IMG/VR virus record: IMGVR_UViG_3300040770_000423
Span: 1 to 36,562 of that record
From: a virus
Reading direction: 5' to 3' (one strand)
DNA length: 36,562 nt
Positions 15,699-22,990 of the stretch are shown in pieces. Position numbers and translations under genes: made by a program. The stretch's first letter is position 1. Each line of letters starts with the position of its first letter. The notes beneath the pieces were generated by a model. That model searched no databases, was not told the DNA's origin, and saw nothing but the letters and a program-made list of their open reading frames with translations.

Positions 15699-16585
15699 TA
15701 AGTAAGTGTTAATTGTGCTAACATTCCAGCCTGAACGGCTGTTTTAGCTGTTTTTTGATAGCCTGAAATTCCTTTTGAAAGATAGGAATTATTATTTATC
15801 AAACTGTTAATAAAATCAATAGCTTCACTCTGTTCTACGTAACCGCTTGCGACATAACCTCCTAGAGTAACGCCGGCGCTCCTTACTTGTGGATGACCGT
15901 CCGAAACAATAGACGCGAAAAGGTTTATTATTATATTTTGAACGCGCGCTTTATCGCCTTGGCCTATAACCACCGGAACAGACGGAACCGCTGAAGCGAC
16001 AAAAGCGTTTATCATTTTTCCGCGTTTCGTCCAAGTTTCCGCTTCAGGCCTGTATAACAAATCGGGGTCGTACGACAAAAATAAAGGTAAAATTGCGTTT
16101 TGTCCTGTTCCGTCGAAACCTTTGAATTTTTCCATTTCAATACCTAAGCCGTAAAAATACGACTTGAATTCGTCGACTGTATTAACAACCGGAATTTTAA
16201 CCAAAAACTTAACGCCTTTTTTTGAAGGCGAAAGCCAACCAGCAACAACTGAAGGAAAAGTTTCGAAAATGTATTTTTTGAATTGCGTCGCGTTTTCAAT
16301 GTGGTCAAAGTCCAAAACAAGAAGTCCGGTAAACTTTATAATGTTAATATAGCCGCGGCCTTGGCCGTCAGTATAGACGCAAGGCGTAAAATAAAAAAGG
16401 TTTTCTTGCTTTAGTGTCGCCTTAAGTTTTGCGTCGCCTTCAGCTTCAGCTTTTGCTATTTTAGCAAAAACGGCTTTAATTTCGTCATTCGGGTTTTTGT
16501 TCGCGTTAAGAAATTCCTGAAGCGTAACTTCGCCGATTGGTTTTTTTGAATTTACGCGCGCTGGGTAGAATTGAAAAGTTATCAT
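15698..16585 (-). CDS. Primase-like protein (BT4734 / VirE N-terminal-like, AEP fold)
   Basis: TGLLVLDFDHIE...WLSPSKKGVKFLVKIP resembles the VirE_N primase motif. The track start at 16654 is a TTG; I prefer the ATG at 16585 (MITFQFYP...). A TACTTTTG -7 box lies at 16642..16649. Confidence 0.6.
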   Translation of the reverse strand: MITFQFYPARVNSKKPIGEVTLQEFLNANKNPNDEIKAVFAKIAKAEAEGDAKLKATLKQENLFYFTPCVYTDGQGRGYINIIKFTGLLVLDFDHIENATQFKKYIFETFPSVVAGWLSPSKKGVKFLVKIPVVNTVDEFKSYFYGLGIEMEKFKGFDGTGQNAILPLFLSYDPDLLYRPEAETWTKRGKMINAFVASAVPSVPVVIGQGDKARVQNIIINLFASIVSDGHPQVRSAGVTLGGYVASGYVEQSEAIDFINSLINNNSYLSKGISGYQKTAKTAVQAGMLAQLTLT

Positions 16586-16742
16586 ATAACGCGAATTATT
16601 AATTCTGTCAAAAGACAAACGCCGGCCAAAATTAAAGCCGACAAAAGTAAACAACCGATATAAGTTCTTATTTTGTCCGAAGTCGTTAATCCTGTTTTTA
16701 TTTTTTTTCCGTTAAAAATAAAATATTGGTTTTCTTTGTTTG

Positions 16743-17066
16743 TCATAGCTGTATAATTTTTGTTAGTTCAATGAAATTCGGCGCGTTAAGGTCTGAAACA
16801 ATAATTTGGTTAAAAGGTGAAGGAAAAAATTTTTTAATCCCGTAAAAGCTTGCACCGTAGCCGAATTCTATTCCTTTTTTATTTGTTCCGTTTATCTTTG
16901 AAAAAAAGTATTGATTTAAAATCGTTCTGAAATAATCGGGAATGTATATAATCATACTTTCGACGTTTCCGTTGTTCTCTTTTTGAACCTGATAAATTGC
17001 TTTTACTACATCTTCAATAATTACGTCAATGTCTTCGTAACTGAATTTTCTTGTTTTTGTTGTCAT
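16743..17066 (-). CDS. Hypothetical protein
   Basis: 107-aa ORF with ATG start; no motif recognised. Confidence 0.5.
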   Translation of the reverse strand: MTTKTRKFSYEDIDVIIEDVVKAIYQVQKENNGNVESMIIYIPDYFRTILNQYFFSKINGTNKKGIEFGYGASFYGIKKFFPSPFNQIIVSDLNAPNFIELTKIIQL

Positions 17067-17076
17067 TTTTATATTT

Positions 17077-17568
17077 TTAAAATTTAAACCCCGTTCTTAC
17101 AAAACCGCTGTATCTCATTTCGTTTGGATAGTCGTTGAATTCTAAGTCCGAACGATAGTCGTAAGTAGAACGAACGCCTATAAAAAAACTATTTGAAAGC
17201 ATAACGTCAAAACCAGCTTCGACGCCAGCGGTCGGAAAAATAGCTTTGCGCGAAATAAAGCCAAGTCGGCCGCCGGCGTAGTATCTTACTTTATCAAAAT
17301 AACCTGAAGTAAAAGACAAACCAACCGCGCCGGTAAAATCAGTATAACCGTCTTTTAATACTGCAAAATTAGTGACTGAAGCGCGAACGTAAACCGCCCG
17401 AACAGTTTCAATTTCGACCCCTACACAAAGACCGCCTTCTTTTATGCTGGCCGAAGGGTCAAAAACAGCTGAAGCGGCGAAGAATTGGTTCGTATTTAAA
17501 CGAAAACCTGATTGAGCGCATATACTGACAGAAGCCAAAAAAAACGCGCTTAGAATTGATTTTTTCAT
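17077..17568 (-). CDS. Secreted outer-membrane beta-barrel protein (small OMP, OmpX/Lom-like size)
   Basis: Signal peptide MKKSILSAFFLASVSICAQ; alternating hydrophobic beta-strand pattern with frequent aromatic and Gly residues; C-terminal GFKF with a terminal Phe, as in the OMP assembly signature. Confidence 0.7.
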   Translation of the reverse strand: MKKSILSAFFLASVSICAQSGFRLNTNQFFAASAVFDPSASIKEGGLCVGVEIETVRAVYVRASVTNFAVLKDGYTDFTGAVGLSFTSGYFDKVRYYAGGRLGFISRKAIFPTAGVEAGFDVMLSNSFFIGVRSTYDYRSDLEFNDYPNEMRYSGFVRTGFKF

Positions 17569-17579
17569 TTTATTAAAGT

Positions 17580-17609
17580 ATTAAAGCGACCGAAGTCGCT
17601 TGGTTAGTT
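17580..17609 (-). repeat. Intergenic 30-bp repeat forming a 7-bp stem with a cUUCGg tetraloop in the minus-strand RNA (copy 1)
   Basis: attaaagcgaccgaagtcgcttggttagtt; stem 17584..17590 / 17595..17601. Confidence 0.8.
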
Positions 17610-17843
17610 ATTTCTTGCTTCTAAAAATTCAAAAACGTCTTCGCTTGTTTCGAAGGCTTCATTTGTAACGCATTGTAAATGTACAATGCCAAAACCAAAA
17701 CCTTGGCTACATATGGCCGAACAGGCTTCTTTATAAGCGTCTTGAAGTTCTTCTTCATTTGAAAAGCTTTGTTCAAAGCAAATTGTTTTGTAATAGGTTC
17801 CGTAAACCTTTGATTTTCCTTTAATTACGAATAAATTTGTCAT
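17604..17843 (-). CDS. Hypothetical small acidic protein (79 aa)
   Basis: ORF with ATG start, bracketed by the two hairpin repeats. Confidence 0.5.
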   Translation of the reverse strand: MTNLFVIKGKSKVYGTYYKTICFEQSFSNEEELQDAYKEACSAICSQGFGFGIVHLQCVTNEAFETSEDVFEFLEARNN

Positions 17844-17856
17844 TTTTCTTTAATAT

Positions 17857-17886
17857 ATTAAAGCGCCCGAAGGCGCTTGGTTAGTT
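17857..17886 (-). repeat. Intergenic 30-bp repeat, copy 2, carrying a compensatory stem change
   Basis: attaaagcgcccgaaggcgcttggttagtt. It differs from copy 1 only at the two paired positions (A-T becomes C-G). Confidence 0.8.
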
Positions 17887-17888
17887 TA

Positions 17889-18071
17889 CTAAAATTCTCC
17901 GTTTTGTTTATTTATTAGTACGTTCGCATTTTTTGAGTAAAAAGAATATAAAATTTCGCCTTCTGAAGTAGTATAATCAGTATTACACATTAAGTCTTCA
18001 AGCTTGTCAAGTTTTTCTTTTCTTTGTGTTTTTGTCATTTTATTTACTTGTAATTGCGTTAAATTTTCCAT
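17889..18071 (-). CDS. Hypothetical small protein (60 aa)
   Basis: ORF with ATG start; a -7 box lies 32 nt upstream. Confidence 0.45.
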   Translation of the reverse strand: MENLTQLQVNKMTKTQRKEKLDKLEDLMCNTDYTTSEGEILYSFYSKNANVLINKQNGEF

Positions 18072-18102
18072 TTTGTTGCTGTTTTTGTTGTTATTACTTC
18101 AG

Positions 18103-18110
18103 CAAATATA
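18103..18110 (-). promoter_or_regulatory. Bacteroidota-type -7 box TATATTTG(C); a second box TAAATTTG(CA) lies at 18142..18149
   Basis: TAnnTTTG matches on the minus strand in the AT-rich gap 18072..18157. Confidence 0.45.
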
Positions 18111-18157
18111 CAAATGTTTTTTACATATTAAAATTTTTTTGCAAATTTATTTTACAA

Positions 18158-18550
18158 CTAAAAAGGACATTCAAATTCGTCGCCACGAAAGCCGGCGCCC
18201 TTGCTGGCATTTTGTCGATTTGTTAATAACGTAATATTCCAAATGTGATAACCGTGAATATTGCAACGCCTGTCAATTGTAGCGTTTTTTCCGCGTCGGC
18301 CTTTTACGGTACAATAGCCGGTTATTTTGCACCAAGCGCGAAATTCTTCAAGCGTAATCGTAAAGTCTTTTTTTCTGTTTAAAGCATTTATTCTGAATTG
18401 CGTAAACCTTACGCCTACAGGGTCGGCCTGTCTTCTTTTTCTTTGATAATGCTTATAGCATAAACCGGCCAGCTTTGCGACCGGTTTATTGTTACAACCG
18501 AAGGCGCAACAAAAGCGGCCTTCTTCTTTTTTATTCTGACTTAAAACCAT
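18158..18550 (-). CDS. HNH (His-Me finger) homing-type endonuclease
   Basis: N-terminal Cys cluster CCAFGCNN...GLCYKHYQRKRR, then IDRRCNIHGYHIWNITLLTNRQNASKG (the IDR..N..GY...N.....N..K pattern). The track start at 18556 is a TTG; I prefer the ATG at 18550. Confidence 0.7.
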   Translation of the reverse strand: MVLSQNKKEEGRFCCAFGCNNKPVAKLAGLCYKHYQRKRRQADPVGVRFTQFRINALNRKKDFTITLEEFRAWCKITGYCTVKGRRGKNATIDRRCNIHGYHIWNITLLTNRQNASKGAGFRGDEFECPF

Positions 18551-18845
18551 AACCAAGAAATTTTTCTACTATGAATGAATCAATGAACCAAGCGCCCGTT
18601 TTTCGTTCTTCGAAGGCCTTCTTTTTATCAAAAATACGAACTAAACAAGATAACAAAACATATCGGTCAGCTTTTACGTTCCCTAAATTACCGGAAAAAA
18701 CTATTTTAACGGCTTTATAATATGTTTTAGTAGTCTTTATAGTATTACCCTTTTTTGTTGCTTTAAATAGCCTTATTTCGCCGAAAAATATCGGTTCGCC
18801 TTTTTCACCTTGGTTTTCTATTGCTTTTTTATATATTTCGTTCAT
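18531..18845 (-). CDS. Hypothetical protein
   Basis: 104-aa ORF with ATG start; its 3' end overlaps the HNH gene. Confidence 0.5.
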   Translation of the reverse strand: MNEIYKKAIENQGEKGEPIFFGEIRLFKATKKGNTIKTTKTYYKAVKIVFSGNLGNVKADRYVLLSCLVRIFDKKKAFEERKTGAWFIDSFIVEKFLGYGFKSE

Positions 18846-18848
18846 TTA

Positions 18849-19589
18849 TTAACGTATTACAATATTTTCTTTTGAAACGGGTTCTTCAATCCTAAAAGCT
18901 TTAAAAACATTTAATAGTGCAAAAACATCATTTTCGCAATAAGTCGCAATTCTTTGAAGTTCGCCTTCGTGAAACGCTTTAGCTACTAATGAACCGTTAA
19001 GGTCTTCTTTTGGCGTAGGTATTCCGAAAGCTAAACAGATAGCCGGCAATCCAGCCGAAGAAGAACCGCCCATTTTATAAATTTCGTGAGTGTCAAGGTT
19101 TAACTGTTCCCAAGGTTTCATTCCGGCCGCGTCTAATATTGAAGGTATGGAAATCCTATTTATTAACATTCTTTTTGATATAAAAGGAAAATCGAAACCT
19201 TTTCCAAAATGCGCGCATAAACGCGCCAAAGGAATAGCCGCGCAAAAACTCAAAACGTCTGCCTTGAATTTTTGAAGCGTGACGCCTTCGTTATTATCAA
19301 AGTATGAACGAATTAAAAATTTGCCTTGGTACATGAAACCGGCCGAAATACAGACCACGCGCGAAAATTCAGGATAAAGACCGGCTTCTTTTTCCCATAG
19401 TTCAGAATAATAAAGCGGAATTACATCGCCTTTTTTTTGTTCCGGCGGCGCTTCATTCCTAAATTTGAATTTATAAATCCATTCACTTTGAACAACTTCA
19501 GGCGCTTCGGCCAAGGTTAACCAATTTGGCGCCGTTTCAATGTCTAAGAAAAGAACCGTTTCAATTTTTATTTCGTTTAATATTTTCAT
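18849..19589 (-). CDS. Stand-alone 3'-5' exonuclease related to the PolB exonuclease domain
   Basis: Exo I LFLDIETAP; Exo II-like GKGFDFPFISKRM; Exo III YCENDV. Confidence 0.75.
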   Translation of the reverse strand: MKILNEIKIETVLFLDIETAPNWLTLAEAPEVVQSEWIYKFKFRNEAPPEQKKGDVIPLYYSELWEKEAGLYPEFSRVVCISAGFMYQGKFLIRSYFDNNEGVTLQKFKADVLSFCAAIPLARLCAHFGKGFDFPFISKRMLINRISIPSILDAAGMKPWEQLNLDTHEIYKMGGSSSAGLPAICLAFGIPTPKEDLNGSLVAKAFHEGELQRIATYCENDVFALLNVFKAFRIEEPVSKENIVIR

Positions 19590-19894
19590 TATATTTTAGT
19601 TATTAAGTTTAAAATTCCTTTACGTTCCAACAGCCACAAAGGCGCTGAAATTATTATTTTATTTCCTTGGCCTGTTCTTGTAAAGCTGGCGGTTTTAAGT
19701 CCGAACCATTCGCGACGGCTCCAAGAACCTTCTTCAACTCCTTTTTTTACTAAACAGCAAAAGCTTTCGGTTTTAACGCTGTCTGCATAATGCGAAGCGT
19801 AAAATTTAATAATTTGATTTTTTGGTTTTTTACAAATACAGGCTTCACAATTTCCGGCGCAAATTATCGCGTCTTTTACTTCAATTTCATTCAT
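19589..19894 (-). CDS. Hypothetical Cys-rich protein
   Basis: 101-aa ORF; N-terminal CAGNCEACIC cluster; coupled to the flanking genes. Confidence 0.5.
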   Translation of the reverse strand: MNEIEVKDAIICAGNCEACICKKPKNQIIKFYASHYADSVKTESFCCLVKKGVEEGSWSRREWFGLKTASFTRTGQGNKIIISAPLWLLERKGILNLITKI

Positions 19895-19900
19895 TTTTAT

Positions 19901-21385
19901 TTAGTTTAAATTATACATTTTTTTCATTCTATCGACCCAAAAAGAAGGCGCTTTAAAACCTCTTAATTTTGCATAGTCAATAAGTTCAAGTTCTTTATTT
20001 ATTGCAATTTGTTTAATAATCCAGCCTAATTTATAGCCTTTTATAGTTCGCACTTGTTCCAGCTGTTCAATGGTTAAGCTGCCCCAAGCTTGGCCGACAA
20101 TTTCCGGCGGCAAAAGATTATAATTTTGAACCTCTATAAATTCGCCTTCTTCAAGTTTTCGTTCTTCTTTTGGAAATTTAAAACCGCAAAATTTGCAAGC
20201 TGGCGCTGAAGCGTGAATAATAGCGCCACAACCTTTTTTAAAATTTTCGTCAAGTCTTTCTTCAGGACATTCTTTAACGGGTGCAACGCCGGCTTTATCG
20301 TTTCTTTTATGCGTAAGGCTCCAAGTCCGTTCCTGTTCCCAAAACCCAAGCGCGTAAACATTTCCGCCCATATCTAATAAATTAAAATGCTCTTTTTGTA
20401 GCCAGCCGGAAACGTTTACTTTTTCTTTTGGTGTTATTCGTGAACCACGGCCACCCATTTGAAGCCAAAGCGAAAGCGAAAGCGTTACGCGGTTAACTAT
20501 TACGGTTTCAATAGTCCATTCGTCGAACCCTGTAGTCGCTATGTCTACATTACAAAGTACTTTAAAAAGACCAGCCTTAAAAGCTTTAAAAATGTCTTCG
20601 CGCTGTTTTTTTGGCGTGGTTCCGTCAACGTGAACAGCTGAAATTCCAGCTTCATTAAAAGCCGCTGTAACTTTTTTTGAGTGTTCGACGTTAATATTGA
20701 AACATATTGCTTTAGTGTTTGGCGTAAACTTATTATATTTTTCAACGACGCCGTCGTAAAGCTTTTTTTTGTCAAACATGTCAAACATTTGCTTATTGTC
20801 ATATTCGCCACCTTTAACGGCTAATTTTGAAGCGTCCATTTTAACCGAAAAAGTAACGGCTGGAACTAAAAAACCCTGCTGAATTAATTCGCTTATAGTA
20901 ATTGTTTCAACTATTTCGTTATATACTTCGCTTAATTGCGTCATTTTTCCGGTTCTTATAGGCGTGGCCGTGGCTCCTATTACATAAACGCCGGCTTTTT
21001 TATACGTTTCAATTACAGGGTCGAAAATTTGTTTATGCGCTTCGTCTATAATTAAAAGATTAATTTCAGGAAAAACGCGGCGCTTTAATGTCTGAACTGT
21101 TGCAACGTAAGAACTAGCATTTCTTTTTATTGATTTTCCGGCCGTTATTATAGCTGGATTTAAACCGTAGTCAATTAGTTTATTTTTTGCCTGTTCCAAA
21201 AGTTCTGTTCTGTCGACTGCTATCATAACAATAAAACCTTTATTAACGCTTTCGCGTGCTATGTCGGCGAATGTAACTGTTTTTCCTGAACCCGTAGGCG
21301 AACAAAGAACGACGGCTAAATTGTTTTTTTTGAAGTTTTCGCGAATTTCATTTTTCGCTTCTTCTTGGTATGGCCTTAAATTCAT
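19901..21385 (-). CDS. SF2 DEAD/DEAH-box helicase with a C-terminal zinc ribbon
   Basis: Motif I CSPTGSGKT; motif II IIDEAHK; motif VI QMGGRGSR; CPEE...CGAI...CKFCGF. The track start at 21433 is a TTG; the ATG at 21385 (MNLRPYQEEA) is the typical helicase N-terminus. Confidence 0.9.
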   Translation of the reverse strand: MNLRPYQEEAKNEIRENFKKNNLAVVLCSPTGSGKTVTFADIARESVNKGFIVMIAVDRTELLEQAKNKLIDYGLNPAIITAGKSIKRNASSYVATVQTLKRRVFPEINLLIIDEAHKQIFDPVIETYKKAGVYVIGATATPIRTGKMTQLSEVYNEIVETITISELIQQGFLVPAVTFSVKMDASKLAVKGGEYDNKQMFDMFDKKKLYDGVVEKYNKFTPNTKAICFNINVEHSKKVTAAFNEAGISAVHVDGTTPKKQREDIFKAFKAGLFKVLCNVDIATTGFDEWTIETVIVNRVTLSLSLWLQMGGRGSRITPKEKVNVSGWLQKEHFNLLDMGGNVYALGFWEQERTWSLTHKRNDKAGVAPVKECPEERLDENFKKGCGAIIHASAPACKFCGFKFPKEERKLEEGEFIEVQNYNLLPPEIVGQAWGSLTIEQLEQVRTIKGYKLGWIIKQIAINKELELIDYAKLRGFKAPSFWVDRMKKMYNLN

Positions 21386-21407
21386 ATAGTAGTTATTTTG
21401 TTGACTG

Positions 21408-21415
21408 CAAATATA
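21408..21415 (-). promoter_or_regulatory. -7 box TATATTTG(CA) for the minus-strand replication operon; lies within a 9-bp inverted repeat
   Basis: TAnnTTTG match 23 nt upstream of the ATG at 21385. The inverted repeat is tgcaaatat (21406..21414) / atatttgca (21424..21432). Confidence 0.5.
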
Positions 21416-21461
21416 AGTAAAAAATATTTGCAAAAAAATTTTAATATATCAAAAACATTTA

Positions 21462-21469
21462 TATCTTTG
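21462..21469 (+). promoter_or_regulatory. -7 box TATCTTTG(CA) for the plus-strand early operon
   Basis: TAnnTTTG match 32 nt upstream of the ATG at 21501. Confidence 0.5.
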
Positions 21470-21500
21470 CACCATACAACAACAAAAAAACACCTTTAAA

Positions 21501-21764
21501 ATGCCTAAAAATAACGCTAAAGTCAATAAAATAGAACAAAGTACTATAAAAGAAGTAAACCAAAATTTTGTAATTCGTTACAAATTTGACGGCGATAAAA
21601 AAACTTCTTTAATTGGCGCCGGAAAATATGCGGTTCTTTTGGAAAATTCAAAAGACCCTATTGAAATGGCAATTCGTCATTTTGAACGCGCTTTAAATTC
21701 CGCTGAAGTCAAAACGATTATACGCTTGCGCGGTGGTCTTACTGTAAATTTTTGCTCGAAATAA
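21501..21764 (+). CDS. Hypothetical early protein
   Basis: 87-aa ORF with ATG start; first gene after the divergent promoter region. Confidence 0.5.
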   Translation: MPKNNAKVNKIEQSTIKEVNQNFVIRYKFDGDKKTSLIGAGKYAVLLENSKDPIEMAIRHFERALNSAEVKTIIRLRGGLTVNFCSK

Positions 21765-21778
21765 TTAAATAAAAAAAA

Positions 21779-22033
21779 ATGAAGAAAATTAAAAAACCAA
21801 CGGCCGAAGAAAAAAAACGCGTTCCGGTCGACGACAGTTTAAAAATACGCGTTATAAATGCGAAGGCGCTTTTGCCAAAAAGCGGAATAACTTCGCTTTT
21901 AGTGTTTCAGTTTCCTGAATTAGATACGATAAAAAAGCGTTCATTAATGGCTAATGTTTTGCAACTTAGAACGACAAACGCCGGAATCACTGAAAAACTT
22001 GAAGCGCTTGTTTTAACCTTAAAATCTGAATAA
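21779..22033 (+). CDS. Hypothetical early protein (basic)
   Basis: 84-aa ORF with ATG start. Confidence 0.5.
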   Translation: MKKIKKPTAEEKKRVPVDDSLKIRVINAKALLPKSGITSLLVFQFPELDTIKKRSLMANVLQLRTTNAGITEKLEALVLTLKSE

Positions 22034-22062
22034 TAAAAAATTAACAATTAAATACAAAAATT

Positions 22063-22731
22063 ATGTCAACAAATTCTTTTATTCCTGAAGGCTACGCGCA
22101 ACCAACCAGCGCCGGCGGTTTTACAAAATTAGAAACAGGCGAAAACAAGCTTCGAATTCTGTCTTCTCCTTTACTAATGTGGTTAGAATGGCGCGACGGT
22201 AAGCCAACCCGTCACTTATACGTTCAAGGCCAGCCAGCACCAGCGAAAGGCGCCGGTCAAAAAGACAGCGTAAAACATTCGTGGGCGGTTATAATTTGGA
22301 ACTATAAGACCGAAAAAATTGAGGTTTTTGAATTAGACAAAGCCGGCGTAATAGCTTCAATCTTGGCTTTATCTGAAAAGCCTTCTTGGGGGCATCCTAA
22401 AAACTTTGATTTGATTATTACGAAAAAAGGTTCAGGAATGGAAACTGAATATGTAACTACGCCGGAACCACCAAGCGAACCTTCGAACGCTATAGTCGAA
22501 GCTTACACCGAAAACCCTGTTGACCTTCGTCAACTTCTTGTCGAAGGCGGAAATCCGTTTATAGGAAAAGCCAGCGCTGGAAATCCAGCAAACCCAAACG
22601 CAACACCAGCACAAAGCAACGCGAAAGTCGTGACTGCTGAAAATTGGGTTCAAGGCGACGAAATTCCGGCCGGCTTTATAATAAACCCTATTGACGGCGT
22701 AGGAATTGTAAAAAAAGACCTTCCTTTCTAA
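22063..22731 (+). CDS. Putative single-stranded DNA-binding protein
   Basis: 222 aa: a globular N-terminal ~140 aa, a Pro/Ala/Asn-rich low-complexity linker, and a C-terminus ending DLPF, reminiscent of the bacterial SSB tip DDDIPF. It sits next to the ATPase gene. Confidence 0.4.
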   Translation: MSTNSFIPEGYAQPTSAGGFTKLETGENKLRILSSPLLMWLEWRDGKPTRHLYVQGQPAPAKGAGQKDSVKHSWAVIIWNYKTEKIEVFELDKAGVIASILALSEKPSWGHPKNFDLIITKKGSGMETEYVTTPEPPSEPSNAIVEAYTENPVDLRQLLVEGGNPFIGKASAGNPANPNATPAQSNAKVVTAENWVQGDEIPAGFIINPIDGVGIVKKDLPF

Positions 22732-22744
22732 GTATTAATTAACC

Positions 22745-22771
22745 AAGGCGCGCTTAAAAACGCGCCTTTTT
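22745..22771 (+). terminator. Rho-independent terminator or attenuator
   Basis: Stem aaggcgcg / cgcgcctt, 8-nt loop, followed by a T run. Confidence 0.65.
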
Positions 22772-22783
22772 AAATCAAAAACT

Positions 22784-22972
22784 ATGAATATAATAATAAA
22801 TATTATTGTAATGCTGGCGCTTTTCATTTCTTGTATTGTTACTATTGCTATTGCTTTTATCATGCTTTGGAATTGGAACCTTGAATTTTTAAGGTATTTT
22901 TTATTTTCTTTTCTTGCTTGGTTTCTTGTTTCGGTATTGGATAACAGGCTTCAAAAATCTAAATTTTATTAA
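22784..22972 (+). CDS. Small membrane protein with two predicted TM helices
   Basis: 62 aa: MNIIINIIVMLALFISCIVTIAIAFIMLW ... FLFSFLAWFLVSVL. Confidence 0.55.
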   Translation: MNIIINIIVMLALFISCIVTIAIAFIMLWNWNLEFLRYFLFSFLAWFLVSVLDNRLQKSKFY

Positions 22973-22990
22973 TAATTAAATCAAAAAAAA

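Noticed and set aside
18004-18234. Plus-strand ORFs 18004..18234 and 18026..18226 across the AT-rich gap.
   Set aside because: They overlap two minus-strand genes and a promoter region. The translations are Phe/Leu/Cys low-complexity runs.
21386-21433. N-terminal extensions in the ORF track that begin at non-ATG codons. These are the helicase TTG at 21433, primase TTG at 16654, the 130-aa ORF TTG at 11102 and HNH TTG at 18556. There is also the alternative-frame ATG at 3275.
   Set aside because: The extensions read through promoter-like AT-rich sequence containing TAnnTTTG boxes and give implausible peptides such as MQIFFTYICSQQNNYY. Downstream ATGs give canonical N-termini or translational coupling. 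The MuF TTG (6577) and the GTG at 27466 were kept only because no nearby ATG exists.
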